NCBI GenBank assembly: GCA_000004695.1 | Contig: CM000155.2 | Coordinates: forward strand, 3,072,001 to 3,136,000 | Direction of reading: 5' to 3' | Length of the DNA: 64,000 nt | DNA from: Dictyostelium discoideum | Taxonomy: Eukaryota | Part shown: in pieces, positions 1 through 12,982 of the stretch | How the letters are laid out: every line of letters starts with the position of its first letter | Position numbering within the stretch: position 1 is the first letter of the stretch | Program-made: the position numbers and the translations under genes | Notes under the pieces: generated by a model | Databases searched by the model: none | What the model saw: the letters and a program-made list of their open reading frames with translations, nothing else | Told to the model about the DNA's origin: nothing

Positions 1-584
1 AATAATAATAATAATAATATAATACAAACCATTAATGCAAATGCACCCAATTCTTGAGCTTCATAACCTTCTTTTCTAAGATCTGATAATGGTAATAATG
101 AACCTCTTAATTCAATATAAAGTAAATTATGAGCATCAACTAAATCTTTTTTAACAGGTGCTTGATTTGGAGTTAATTTATAATTTTTTTTTGCTTTAGT
201 ATAATCTATAACCAATGCATTAAGTTTTGTTAATACTGCTTTAATTGTTGATGCATCATACATATCAATTGAATTATCAATGGTTGCTTTTATCATTTCT
301 CTATAGGAATTATAAACTTCATATGTTGTTTCATTTGTATTTGAAATAATATGAGCCCAAACTGCTGATACTAAAATACTCAAAGGATTACCAATGGTTG
401 GAATCATACTGAGACCACCAACAACTACTGTTTTAATTAACTCTGTATAATCATTTACATTTGAGTTTGTAAATTGATAATCACTAATAATTGGTAAAGT
501 ATTGGTATTTTTTAATTTTTTAGCCAACTCTTGACTTGAATTAAGCCATTGTTGTAAATTTTGTGGTTGTGAAACATTTGCCAT
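1..584 (-). CDS. Hypothetical protein, N-terminal part only. Start ATG is at 584-582 on the minus strand. The frame runs open off the left edge of the window (about 194 codons visible: MANVSQPQNLQQWLNSSQELAKKL...).
   Basis: Uninterrupted minus-strand frame from the ATG at 584 to position 1. It is GC-richer than the flanks and has no low-complexity runs. Possibly helical; identity not recognised. Confidence 0.45.
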   Translation of the reverse strand, partial: MANVSQPQNLQQWLNSSQELAKKLKNTNTLPIISDYQFTNSNVNDYTELIKTVVVGGLSMIPTIGNPLSILVSAVWAHIISNTNETTYEVYNSYREMIKATIDNSIDMYDASTIKAVLTKLNALVIDYTKAKKNYKLTPNQAPVKKDLVDAHNLLYIELRGSLLPLSDLRKEGYEAQELGAFALMVCIILLLLL

Positions 585-1221
585 TTTTTTTTTAATTAAT
601 AAAATAAAAAATAAAAATAAAAATAAAAATAAAAACAGTTTGTTAAAAAGAGATTGATTTTAAAAAAAAAATAAAATAAAATAAAAAAAAATATTTATAG
701 ATATTAATTAACATGCACAAACAATCTAACCGAAAAAATTTTATTTTTTTTTTAGATTTCAAAGTGAAAAAATCATACACGATTACTATTTTTAAAAAAA
801 GTAATCGATGATCGGATTTTAAAAAAAAAAAAAAAAAAAAAAAATCAACAAAATTATTATTTGAAATTAAAGATTTTCTTTTTTTTTTTTACTCATAAAA
901 AAAATCCTATTTGATTAAAAAGTATATGCACTCAAAAAAAAAAAAAAAAAAATCTTATTATCAAAAATATTTGGAAAGAATTAATTTAAAAAAAAATAGA
1001 AAATTAAAAAAAAAAAAATATATAATTATATTACGTATAATAAAATCCATAGGTTTATCTCTATTATTATTAAATAAAGTTTATCATTTTTTTTTTTTTT
1101 TTTTTTTATTAAAACTTAATTATTTTTTTAATTAGTTTTGATTTGGCACCACATCCCCGTTTTTTTTTTTTTTTTTTAATATTACGCTTGATTCATATTA
1201 TTATTTTTTTTTTCCCCCAAT

Positions 1222-1378
1222 AATAATAGTTTATAATTTATTATTTTCAAATCTACCATGATAAACAGCAGTTCCTTTTAATTCCATAAACACAAATTGG
1301 CAAATCTTAGTACCTGGAACTAATTCTAATCTATTCTGTAATTTTTTGTAAATAAAATGTTAGATTTTATTTTATTTT

Positions 1379-1411
<33 letters not shown>

Positions 1412-2014
1412 TTTAAAAAAAAAAAAAACAACATACACTTGAAGCATTAAAAATTTCTAAAACTTGTCTATTTTTAATACCAGGATTCATGAAACCTGCA
1501 GAAATATGTACGAATAAACCCATACGAGCGAATCTACTTCTACCTTCTAAAAGACCACAAAGCTTTGGTGATAATTCGATAGTTTCTTCAGTAATACCTA
1601 AACACATATGACCGGGTTCTAAAATAAATCTTTCACCCTCTTTTAATACTGATAATTCTGAAAAATCTTGGTAATTAATTGATTCTGAAACTATAATGGT
1701 ATCACTATTATCTCTCTTTTTAAACACTCTAAATTCATTACTTAATGTTAAATCAATTGATGCTGCACCAATTGATTTCTCTTCATATCCTGGTGTAATT
1801 TTAATATCACTAATTTTTGTTTTTGTTTTTTTTTTTAAAAAAAATTTAATAACATGTTATTAAAAATAAAATTTATAAAATTAGAAAATTGATTTTTTTT
1901 TTTTTTTTTATTTTTTTATATTTATTTTTATTTTTAATTTTTATTTTTAATTTTAATTTTAGTTATACCCTGATGCTAATGATTTAAGAATTTCGTCTCT
2001 AGATAATACACTCA
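1222..2014 (-). CDS. dcd: dCTP deaminase (bacterial-type Dcd). Three exons on the minus strand: 2014..1968, 1809..1437, 1335..1222. Introns begin GTATAA and GTATGT and end in AG.
   Basis: The spliced protein MSVLSRDEILKSLASG/G-DIKITPGYEEKSIGAASIDLTLSNEFRVFKK...GHMCLGITEETIELSP...GRSRFARMGLFVHISAGFMNPG...EIFNASS/NRLELVPGTKICQFVFMELKGTAVYHGRFENNKL* aligns along its whole length with E. coli Dcd (MRLCDRDIE..., [39 protein letters not shown]). Intron phases are consistent. Confidence 0.8.
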
Positions 2015-2102
2015 TTATTTATATTTATTTTTAGTTTGTTTAGTTTTGTTTTTATTATAAAAAAAAAAATGAATGTATGTTTTATGTTTAATCAAAAAAG
2101 AG

Positions 2103-2135
<33 letters not shown>

Positions 2136-2913
2136 TTTTTAAACCCTTTTTTTTTTTTTAATTTTCTTTTTTTTATTTTAATTTAAATTTTTTTTTTTTT
2201 TAAATTTTTTTTTCATTTTTAATCAAAAACTATCATATGATTTCGAAGCAATGCAATTGCATATTTTCATTTTTTTTAATTTTTTTTTTTTTTTTTTTTT
2301 AATTTTTTTTTTTGGGAACTCATTGCAGAAACTTGTTTTTAAAACGAAACACAAAAAAAATAAAAATAAAAAAACAAAAATAAATAAAAAAAAAAAAAAA
2401 TATTTACGTATTTACAGATGGCACCGCCACTTTAATACCATATCTAGGAATAATAAGGACACATTCCTTCTAACAAATTGCTCAAAATACATTGGGAGGA
2501 ATACATCCACAACCACGACAACCAGTCCAACCAACACCACTACAACATAAAAAAAAAAAAAAAAAAAAATTACATTCACCAAAAAATAAAACTACGATCC
2601 ACACAAAAAGAAAATCTCAATTTTATTATAGTTGTAATGATAAAAAGATTAAGTTAATTTTAAATCTTTAAATCTTTTTTTTTAAAAAATTTTTATAAAT
2701 TTTCCAACTTTTATTTAATTTTTTTTATGAAATTAACTGTTTACAATAAATAAAATAATTTTATTTTTACGTGTTATTCTTGTATTTTTCGCAATTTTCA
2801 AAAAATTTTTATTTTTAATTTTTTTTTTTTTTTTTTAAAATCTAAAATCAAAAAAAGTTACTTATTATTATTATTATTATATTATTATTATTATTATTAT
2901 TATTATTTATTAA

Positions 2914-3657
2914 ATGGAAGATTTTTTCAAAAAAAAAGAACCAATAATAATTGAAGGATTAACAATAATTGAAAATGCAATTGATAAAGAAATGCATGAC
3001 AAACTTTGGAAAGAAGTTAATAAAGAGGAATGGTTAACAGATTTATCAAGAAGAACTCAACATTATGGATATAAATATAATTATAAATCGAGATCATTAA
3101 AAAGTGAAGATATTGCACCACCATTCCCTCAATGGGCATCAGATTTATGTTGTCATTTAATGAAAGAAGGTTTAATAAATGATTTTCCACAACAATTAAT
3201 AGTTAACGAGTATAAAGATGGCCAAGGAATAAGTGCTCATATCGATTCAAAAATATTTGATAATATTATATTCTCAATTTCATTAGGTTCAACATGTAAA
3301 ATGATTTTTAAAAAATCAATTCAACCAACAACAACAACAAAAACAACAACAACAACCTCTGAAAAGGCAGAAGTTTTAAAAGTTGAAAAACAATTAGCAC
3401 CACGTGCATTTCTATTAATAAAAGATGAAGCTAGATTTAATTGGACTCATGAAATACCAAAATTAAAAAAAGGCCAACATCGTATTAGTTTAACTTTTAG
3501 ATTCGTTTCAAAACCACCTTCACCTTTATTAAAATCAAAATTAATTTCTAATAATAAAAATAATGAGATAAAAACTGAAACTACTAAAACAACAACGACA
3601 ACGACAACAACAAAAGAAAAAATAGAAACCAATATTGTTGATGATGATGATGATTGA
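2914..3657 (+). CDS. AlkB-like 2-oxoglutarate/Fe(II)-dependent dioxygenase, single exon, 247 aa.
   Basis: ORF 2914..3657 has the AlkB-family pattern: NEYKDGQGISAHIDS (HxD iron ligands) and GQHRISLTFRFV (2OG-binding RxS). Ser/Thr/Lys-rich low-complexity inserts are present. Confidence 0.7.
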   Translation: MEDFFKKKEPIIIEGLTIIENAIDKEMHDKLWKEVNKEEWLTDLSRRTQHYGYKYNYKSRSLKSEDIAPPFPQWASDLCCHLMKEGLINDFPQQLIVNEYKDGQGISAHIDSKIFDNIIFSISLGSTCKMIFKKSIQPTTTTKTTTTTSEKAEVLKVEKQLAPRAFLLIKDEARFNWTHEIPKLKKGQHRISLTFRFVSKPPSPLLKSKLISNNKNNEIKTETTKTTTTTTTTKEKIETNIVDDDDD

Positions 3658-4224
3658 AAAAAAAAAAAAAAAAAAAAAAATGGAAATAAAATTTATACCA
3701 AAATTCTGGATTCAAACTCAATCAACTATCATTTGAGTTCACTAAAAAAAAAAAAAAAAATTGAAAAATTTTAAAATAAAAAATATTTTTAGAAATCATT
3801 TAAAATAAAAAAAGAGAAAATTGGTGGAGATTTTGATTACATCATTGAAAAAAAAAAATTTCTTGCAGAATGCCAATCGCATCAAAATTTTCCAAAAAGA
3901 TTTTTTTAATTTTTATTTTTTTTAATTTTTATTTTTTTTTTTTCTTTTTTTTTTATTTTTATTTTTTTTTTTTTTATTTTTATTTTTTTTATTTTTTTTT
4001 TTTTGAAAATTCATTCTTTTTATTTTTTTTTTTTTTGGTGTAATGACAATTTCAATAAAACAAATTTAAAAATAAATAATTTTTAATAATATTAATAATA
4101 AATATTTTGTTTAATAATATACCTAAACAAATAAACAAGCACAACTAAGCGGATAATAAAACAAAAACTTAATCTATAAAGTAATAATAATAATAATAAT
4201 AAATTTGTAATTTGAAATAATAAA

Positions 4225-6120
4225 ATGGAAGATATTCAATTTGAAAATGAAGTAGACAATAAAGTATTTGATATTATTGTTGTTGGTGCAGGTGTTGCAG
4301 GTAGTGCATTTGCATATTCATTAGGTAAAGCTGGTAAAAGAGTATTATGTATTGAACGTGATCTCTCTGAACCTGATAGAATCGTTGGTGAATTAATGCA
4401 ACCTGGTGGTGTTAGAGCATTACGTGAATTAGGAATGGAAGGTAATATTATTTTTTTTTGTTTTTTTTATTTTAAATTTTCCCACTTACATTCACACACT
4501 TTAAAAACTAACACATTATAATCTTTTTTTTTTTTTTTATTTATTTCACTTTTTTCACTTTTCTCACCAAAAAAAAAAAAACCCCCTCTCCCACAACAAC
4601 AACATTATCAATGACTTTCACAAAAATAGATTGTTTAGATGGAATTGATTCATCATTAGTATTTGGTTATGGTATATTTAAACATGGTAAAGGTACAAAA
4701 TTATCATATCCAAAAGATTCAAATGGTGCAATTATAAATGGTTTCAGTTTTCATCATGGTCGTTTTATTCAAAAATTAAGATTAAGAGCATCTTCATGTG
4801 AAAAGTATGTATCACTACTTACTACTACAACAACAACTATAGTCATTAAATTTAAAATATTAAATATTAAATATTAAATATAAAAAAAAAAATAAAATAA
4901 AATAAACTTTATTTTTAGTGTTTTTATGGTTGAAGGTACAGTTAATTCATTAATTGAAGAAGATGGTATTATAAAAGGTGTAACATATATAGAAAGTAAA
5001 AAGAAAGATAATAGTAATGAAAATAAAGAAAATAGTGATGATAGTAATAATAATACAGCAACAACAAATAATAATAATAATAATAATAAAGATTTAATTA
5101 AAGAAGTTAGAGCACCATTAACAGTAGTTTGTGATGGTTGTTTCTCAAATTTAAGAAAATCATTAGTACCAGAAAATCAACCACTTTTAACCTCAACATT
5201 TGTAGGTTTAGTTATTAAAGGTGTACAATTACCATTTCAATGTCATGGTCATGTATTTTTAGTAGATCCAGCTCCAATTTTAATGTATAGAGTAAATTTT
5301 AATTTTAATTTTAAAATTTTAATTTATTAATTTTAAATTTTATTAATTTTAATGTTTTTTATTATTTTTTTTTCAGATTGGTTCAGATGAAATTCGTGTT
5401 TTAGTTGATATACCATTTAAATGTCCACCAAATTCAGAATTAAAAGAATATTTAGAGACAGTTACAGCACCACAATTACCAGAGTCATTAAGAGAATCAT
5501 TTTTATATGCATTAAGAAATTCTCCATTGAAAAAGATGCCAAATTCACGTTTACCACCAAATCCAACACCAAAACCAGGTGTTTTAATGATTGGTGATTC
5601 TTGGAATATGAGACATCCATTAACTGGTTCAGGTATGACCGTTTGTTTATCCGATTGTGTTATTCTATCGAAATTAATCACTCAAAGTAATCCATCGATT
5701 AATTTCACCGATAGAGTTTCAATGGAAAGATTAATTCAAAAATTCACAATTCAAAGAAAACCATTAGCATCGACTTTGAATGTTTTAGCTGGTGCACTCT
5801 ATAAAGTTTTCTCTGCATCCAATGAACATCTTAGAAAGGCGTGTTTAGGTTATCTTAGTTTGGGTGGTGAATTCTCTGCTGGCCCAGTGGCTTTGTTATC
5901 TGGTTTGAAACCAAAACCACATATCTTGGCAATGCATTTCTTTGCTGTCGCTTTTTATGGTGTTCTTAAAAATATCTTACCTTTCCCAACTCCTGCTCGT
6001 ATTCGTCGTTGTTATCAAATCTTATGTGCTGCTTCCGATATTGTTGTACCATTGCTCCGTTCTGAAGGTGTTTTAAAATATATTCAAAATATTTGTATTA
6101 TTTTAAGATTAACAAAATAA
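4225..6120 (+). CDS. Squalene monooxygenase (squalene epoxidase). Four exons: 4225..4441, 4630..4804, 4919..5291, 5377..6120 (502 aa).
   Basis: N-terminal FAD fold DIIVVGAGVAGSAFAYSLGKAGKRVLCIERDLSEPDRIVGELMQPGG. Downstream blocks LGMED/CLDGIDS, SFHHGRFIQKLR, APLTVVCDGCFSNLRKSL, PGVLMIGDSWNMRHPLTGSGMTV and LGGEFSAGPVALLSGL are colinear with human SQLE/yeast Erg1. Splice phases traced (1, 2, 0). Confidence 0.85.
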
Positions 6121-6283
6121 AATAATTTAAATAAAAAAATATTTATTTTAAAGAATTAAAAAAAAATAAAGTAATCATTTTTAAAAATAGAATTTTAAAA
6201 TTTTATTGATTCTAAGAAAGTATGCTATTGGAAATAAAAAGAGATGAATGATAATATTTAAAATATTAATAAATTTATTGTTT

Positions 6284-7195
6284 TTCTGAGATTTCAGATT
6301 CATTATCTTTTTCCATTTCAATTTTATTAGGATCATTGAATTTCTTATAATTTCTTCTTTTAATTATTATGATTAAAATGATTGCTAATACTATTAATGA
6401 AAAACCAATTATTGAACATAGAATTGGAATTAAAACATTTAATTTCTTTTCATCTTCTGGTTCTATTGGTTCACCTCCTGTTGCATTAAAACTATAGAAT
6501 TTATGACGAGATGTTGGTTCTTGTATATTAAAATTATAATATTTGATAATTGATCATGATATGTATAATAGTCTCCCCATGGAAAATTTGCATTTATTGT
6601 AGTTTTTTTCTCTGGTTTAAAACTTGAAAAAATAGTAATTCCAACTTCGGGACGATTAAAATATGCAGTCACATTTAAATAATCACTCGAATCCTCTATT
6701 GATATTGATGGATTTTTAATATAAAAACCTGGTTGAAATATATCTGCACCAAATCTCAAATGGATCGCAAATGGTTCATCCTTGAGTGACATTCCTCTTA
6801 CCTAACATGTTGGATAATCTTCAGTATTTCTGTCATAAAACATCATCTAAATAATTTTAAATATAATACACCATTAATATACAAATTGTATAATAAATAA
6901 AATTAAATACTACTCGAATCCAACAAAAAATAAATAAAATTTAATTTTAATCTTTACAGTTTTATTATTTGGAATAAACAATATCTCACTTTGTTGAAGT
7001 GATACCCTCTAAATTCATGAAATATTTTCATTGATTTAGAATTATTTTTAATATCATTTCTTGATATTGAACCTTGCCAATGAAAATCATCTTGAATTTT
7101 ATCTCGATTGAATGATACTGAATAAATGGTTATTGGAGGTGATGTTAATCCTTTTTTAATATATTCACGACCAAAAAGTGGATCTAGTGAATTTA
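6284..7195 (-). CDS. Single-pass membrane protein gene with unresolved structure. At least two exons: about 7195..7017 with a GTGAGA donor, and about 6792..6463. There is a C-terminal TM plus acidic tail segment (6487..6284) in a different frame. A true N-terminus was not found.
   Basis: The minus-strand exon reads SLDPLFGREYIKKGLTSPPITIYSVSFNRDKIQDDFHWQGSISRNDIKNNSKSMKIFHEFRGYHFNK|GTGAGA. The AT-rich intron ends catgttAG. A GC-richer ORF follows (VRGMSLKDEPFAIHLRFGADIFQPGFYIKNPS...YKNQHLVINSIVLMQQEVNQ*). The +1-shifted frame encodes ...FNATGGEPIEPEDEKKLNVLIPILCSIIGFSLIVLAIILIIIIKRRNYKKFNDPNKIEMEKDNESEISEKQ*, a convincing TM plus cytoplasmic tail. Confidence 0.35.
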
Positions 7196-7273
7196 TTATT
7201 TGAATTAAAATTATAATATAAAATATTTATATTTTCATTATTACCAAACAATTTAAAATACCATAATTAATTT

Positions 7274-7313
<40 letters not shown>

Positions 7314-8259
7314 TTAAAGAACAAATAGTTACCAAAAAAAATAAAAAATAAATTATTTTTTATTAAATTTTTTCGTGGTAAATATATACCACTACTCATA
7401 TAAACCAACACCTTATATATATAATGTATGATTAATTTTTTAAACTTACACCTACAATAATTTATAAAAATATTTATCAATTTTTTTTTTTTTTGAGGGA
7501 CGGCGAACTTTGATTATTATTATTATTATTAGGATTATTATTATTATTATTCATGAATCGCATATCAACCAAAGTGAATTTATAAATTTTTGTCCATTAA
7601 TTTTGGCTTTTGGATTGTTGAGACATAATAAAAAAAAAAAAAATTGACGAAAATAACCACAACACCACCATAATTACAAAACAAACAAATAAAAAAATAA
7701 AAAATAATAAAAAGAAATTATATTTATAAAATATTAATAAATTAACTGTTTATTTGAGATTTTAGATTTAGATTCATTATTTTGTTTTTCATTTAATATT
7801 ATTAGAATCACCAAAATGCAACGTTGAAAAGGGATAAAAATTCAAAGAAGAAGTGAATATTTCACATTTTTTTATTTTATTTTATTTTATTTTTTTTTTT
7901 ATTTAAAATTTCAAAATGAAAATAAAAAAAAAATAAAAAAAAAAAAAGTGTAAAGTCAGAAAATTAAAGTTATAACCTCGATTAATTTGAACTATTTATA
8001 AACATCTATTTTTATTTTTCATTTTTAAATTTATTTTTAAATTTATTTTTTTCTTTTATTTTTTATATTTTTTTTATATTTTATTTTATTTTTTTATAAA
8101 AAAAAAAAAAAAAAATAACCCACACACATACCAAAAAAAGGTTTAAATTTTTTATTTTAAATAATAGCAACCTCTATCACACATAAATTTACACATACAC
8201 ATTTACATATAAATAAACTTTCAACACACACGCATATATATATATATAATAACTAAAAA

Positions 8260-8990
8260 ATGAAGTTAGTTGCTATGGTATTAGCAAAAAGAAAAGGGGA
8301 TTTATTAGAAATTGCCTGTGATTTATCACAATTTGGTTTCTTTGAAAAGGGAACGTATGTATCAATTAAAAACATAAATTGAAATTGAAATAGAAATAGA
8401 AATAGATATTAAACATTTATTTAGTGTTAAAGAAGTAATAATAGCAGCAAGTAAAATTTTTATAAATAAATTCGATCCAAACACAAGACATTCAGTACCA
8501 TATGAAGATTATATCTGTTTTATAGATGTTAGAGCTGAATTTGGGTAACTATTTTATTATTTATTTATTGTTTATTATTTATTATTTATTATTTATTGTT
8601 TATAATATTAATATTAATTATGAAAAAAAAAAAAAAAAAAGTGGTGTTGTATTTACAGATAAAGAATATCCAGAAAGAGTAGCAGCAAGATTATTATCGG
8701 AAATGATGAATGGTTATGTAAAGAAAACTCAAGGTATTATTGGTGCACCATATCCAGAATTACAAGGTATATTTAAAAATTCGGATCCAAAAGCAAATGA
8801 TAAAATTTTAGAAGTTCAAAATCAAGTGAATGAAGTCACTTCAATTATGCATAAAAATATTGATGTTGCTTTAGGTAATACTGAAAAAATGGAGACCCTA
8901 TTAGAAACTTCTGATGATTTAAGCACAAGAAGTAAATTATTTTTAAAACAAGCTAAAAAAGCAAATAGAAGATGTTGTATTATTCAATAA
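8260..8990 (+). CDS. ykt6: Ykt6-type R-SNARE (longin domain, SNARE motif, C-terminal CCIIQ prenylation/acylation box). Three exons: 8260..8354, 8425..8544, 8642..8990.
   Basis: MKLVAMVLAKRKGDLLEIACDLSQFGFFEKGT / VKEVIIAASKIFINKFDPNTRHSVPYEDYICFIDVRAEFG / GVVFTDKEYPERVAARLLSEMMNGYVKK...KILEVQNQVNEVTSIMHKNIDVALGNTEKMETLLETSDDLSTRSKLFLKQAKKANRRCCIIQ* is colinear with Ykt6 (VVIADNEYPSRVAFTLLEKV..., ...QNSCCAIM). GTATGT/GTAACT donors; phases consistent. Confidence 0.85.
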
Positions 8991-8993
8991 TTA

Positions 8994-9080
<87 letters not shown>

Positions 9081-9178
9081 GATTTATAATCATTTCAATA
9101 CATAATAAAATAAAATAAAAAGGTAGTGTACTTTTTTTATTTTCTCTACAAATTTTCTTAATTAAAAAAAAAAAGAAA

Positions 9179-9212
<34 letters not shown>

Positions 9213-9357
9213 TAATATATTAATGTTATGTACAAGTTGCGGAAATGTTTATTAAGTTTTTTTTTTTATAAATATATTTTTATAAATTATTTGTTTGAAT
9301 AGAATGCTATTATTACTATCTCTATTTAAAGTTTTTTTTTTTTTTTTTTTTTTTTCA

Positions 9358-9391
<34 letters not shown>

Positions 9392-9582
9392 CTATCTTTA
9401 ATAGAATTAAATTCGCTCAAAAGTTGGAAAATCTAAGTTAAGTTTTTTAATTTTTTTTTTTTTTTTTTTTATATATTTATAAAATTAGTATATTGGTACA
9501 AAATTGTTATTGATGCTTGTATGGTTTTGTTAGAATTTATTTCTTTTCTTTTTTGAATTATTTTTTGGACCAAGACATCTCA

Positions 9583-11428
9583 TTAATTAGTGTTGAAAAA
9601 CATACCGTCCTCAATTCCATTCTCTGGTTCCGTAACACTTTTAAAATTTGGAGAATTTGTATTCAAAGTACCTTGCTGTTGAGGGTTATTAAAATTATTA
9701 TTGTGTATATTATGAGGTTGAGAGTTGGTTGATGGAGAAGACATTGGAATAGAAGAGTCAAATGATGAGAAATCTAAAAATGTTTGAATATGTTGGTTTG
9801 GAGTTTGTTGGTTTGGATTTTGTTGGTTTGGATTTTGTTGATTTGGATTTTGTTGTAGATTTGGATTTTGTTGATTTGGATTTTGTTGTTGATTTGGATT
9901 TTGTTGTTGTTGTTGTTGATTTGGATTTTGTTGTTGTTGTTGTTGTTGTTGGTTTGGATTTTGTTGTTGGTGCATTTGTAAATGAAATTGAGGGTGGCCA
10001 CTTTGTTGTGGACCACCTTGATGCATTGGATGATGCATTGGATGTTGTTGATGCATTGGATGTTGTTGCATTGGATGTTGTTGCATTGGATGTTGTTGCA
10101 TTGGATGTTGTTGTAGGTTTGGATTTTGTTGTTGTTGGTTTGGATTTTGTTGTTGGTTTGGATTTTGTTGTTGGTTTGGATTTTGTTGTTGGTTTGGATT
10201 TTGTTGTTGTTGGTTTGGATTTTGTTGTTGTTGGTTTGGATTTTGTTGTTGATTTGGATTTTGTTGTTGATTTGGATTTTGTTGTTGTTGGTTTGGAATT
10301 TGTTGTTGGTTTGGATTTTGTTGTTGATTTGGATTTTGTTGTTGGTTTGAATTTTGTTGTTGGTTCGGATTTTGTTGTTGGCTCGGATTTTGTTGTTGTT
10401 GGTTTGGAATTTGTTGTTGATTTGGAATTTGTTGTTGATTTGGATTTTGTTGTTGATTTGGATTTTGTTGTTGTTGTTGTTGATTTGGATTTTGTTGTTG
10501 TTGTTGATTTGGATTTGGATTTTGTTGTTGCTGTTGTTGATTATGCATTTGCTGTTGTATTTGTTGTTGTTGCATTTGTTGCATTTGTTGTTGTTGCATT
10601 TGTTGTTGTTGCATTTGTTGTTGTTGCATTTGTTGTTGTTGCATTTGTTGTTGATGCAATTGTTGTTGATGTAATTGTTGTTGTTGGATTATATGATGTG
10701 CTTGATTTTGAGCATGTTGTAAGTGTTGTGGGTGATGTTGATGTTGATTTGGTGGTGGTGGTGGTGGTGGTTGTTGGTTTTGATTTTGTGGCATATTGGT
10801 AGAAGCTGGTGGATGCATATTAGTTTTAATATTTTCAGCATTGTGTTGTTGTGGTTGTGGTTGTTGTGGTTGTTGTGGTTGTTGTTGCTGTTGTTGATTG
10901 ATATTACTACTATTAGAAGGAGAGGAAAGTGGTGATTGAGGCGGTAGTTGTTGTGGTGGTGTTCCATCAACTTGTGGAGATGGTATACCACCAGTAGATG
11001 ATTTGGATATTGAACCACGTTTAGAAGATGATGACCCTTTATTACTATTACTGTTATTTGCCTCTTCGACATGCTTTCTCTTTTTTGAAGAAGATGCTGA
11101 TGTTGATGAGGATGATGCTGATAATGCTGTTGTTTGAGATTTGTTTTTTTCAACTTCGAGATCATTAGAAGAAGAACTCTTTTTAGTTGATCTACTTCTT
11201 GATTTTGAACTTGAGTTTTGGTTATTATTAATATTATTAGATATTGGTGGTGTGGTTGTTGATGTTGCCAAATTACTATTACTGTTTGATGGATTTGGTG
11301 TTTGAGGTGGTGAATTAATTGGTGGTGATGCAAGGTTTGGCACACCATTTGATGAATGTAAATTATTATTATGACTATTATGATTATTAGGATTATTATT
11401 AGGATTATTATTATTATTGTTATTGTTA

Positions 11429-11478
<50 letters not shown>

Positions 11479-11788
11479 GGGATTATTATTAGGATTATTA
11501 TTATTATTATTGTTATTATTAGGATGATTATTATTATTATTACTGTTATTATTATTATTATTAATGTTTGGACTTGCTGTTGAAGAAATATTTACACCGT
11601 GAGAGTTTTGGTTAGGGTTATTATTATTATTATTGTTGTTGTTGTTGTTATTATTATTATTACTACTATTATTATTATTATTATTATTATTATTAGGATT
11701 ATTATTATTATTAGGGTTATTATTGTTATTATTATTGTTATTATTGTTGTTATTATTATTAGGATTGTTTGGATTATTGTTATTAGGA

Positions 11789-11838
<50 letters not shown>

Positions 11839-12951
11839 GTTATTATTGTTATTATTAGGATTATTATTTGGATGATTTGGATGATTATTTGGAACTAAAT
11901 GTCCTGCTTGATTCTGAAATTGTTGTACTAATCCATGTGCCATTCCAGTGTAAAATCCAGGAGGAGGTTGACCCATTCCTTGAGGTGGTGGATAAGCACT
12001 CCAATAATATTGTTGTCCATTTGCTACCATATGTTGAGGGATTCCTTGTGGCATTCCCTGTGGTCCTCTGTGAAATTGAATTTGTGCTCCACCTTGCATT
12101 TGTGGATATGGAATCCCGTTTACAACCTTTTGAAATTGACCATGTTGTTGCATTAATTGAGGGTTCATACCTTGTTGGTGCGGATGCATATGGAATTGAT
12201 GTGGATGACCTTGTTGTTGATTTGGATGACCCTGATTTTGACCTTGATTTTGACCTAGATTTTGACCTTGATTTTGACCTTGATTTTGACCTTGATTTTG
12301 ACCTTGGCCTTGACCTTGATTTTGACCTTGACCTTGACCTTGATTTTGATTTTGATTTTGATTTTGGTTTTGATTTTGATTTTGATTTTGATTTTGATTT
12401 TGACCTTGATTTTGGTTTTGGTTTTGGTTTTGGTTTTGGTTTGGGTTTGGGTTTTGGTTTGGGTTTGGGTTTGGGTTTGGGTTTGGGTTTGGGTTTGGGT
12501 TTTGATTTTGGTTTTGATTTTGATTTTGATTTTGGTTTGGATTTTGATTCTGGTTTTGGTTTTGGTTTTGGTGATTATTTACGGGTGGGGTTGGTGGTTG
12601 GATATTTGTAAAATCTTGAGAACCTTTCTTTTTGATTGGGGATGGTGGTTGAACTTTTCCCACTCTCTTCTCCTCTTCATGATGTTTTATATTTACAGTT
12701 GGTGTTGATGGTGATGAGTGAGAAATACCATTTTGTTGACCTTGTGGATTTATTTGTTGATTTTGTTGATTTTGTTGATTTTGTTGTTGCATATGCTGTT
12801 GTTGCAATTGTTGCATATGTTGATTATGAATAAATTGTTGATGCATTAATTGCTGATTCTGTTGGTTCATTTGGTTATGCATTTGTGGTGATTGGGGTGG
12901 ATGTTGATTTTGATTTTGTTGATTGTTAGGATTATTATTACTATTATTAGG

Positions 12952-12982
<31 letters not shown>

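Noticed and set aside
911-2550. ORFs 911..1135 and 2251..2550 (K/F-rich translations)
   Set aside because: They lie in A/T homopolymer intergenic sequence. Their composition and translation are non-protein-like. The real gene here is the spliced dcd.
5373-5681. Minus-strand ORF overlapping squalene epoxidase exon 4
   Set aside because: Antisense to a well-supported conserved exon, with no independent support.
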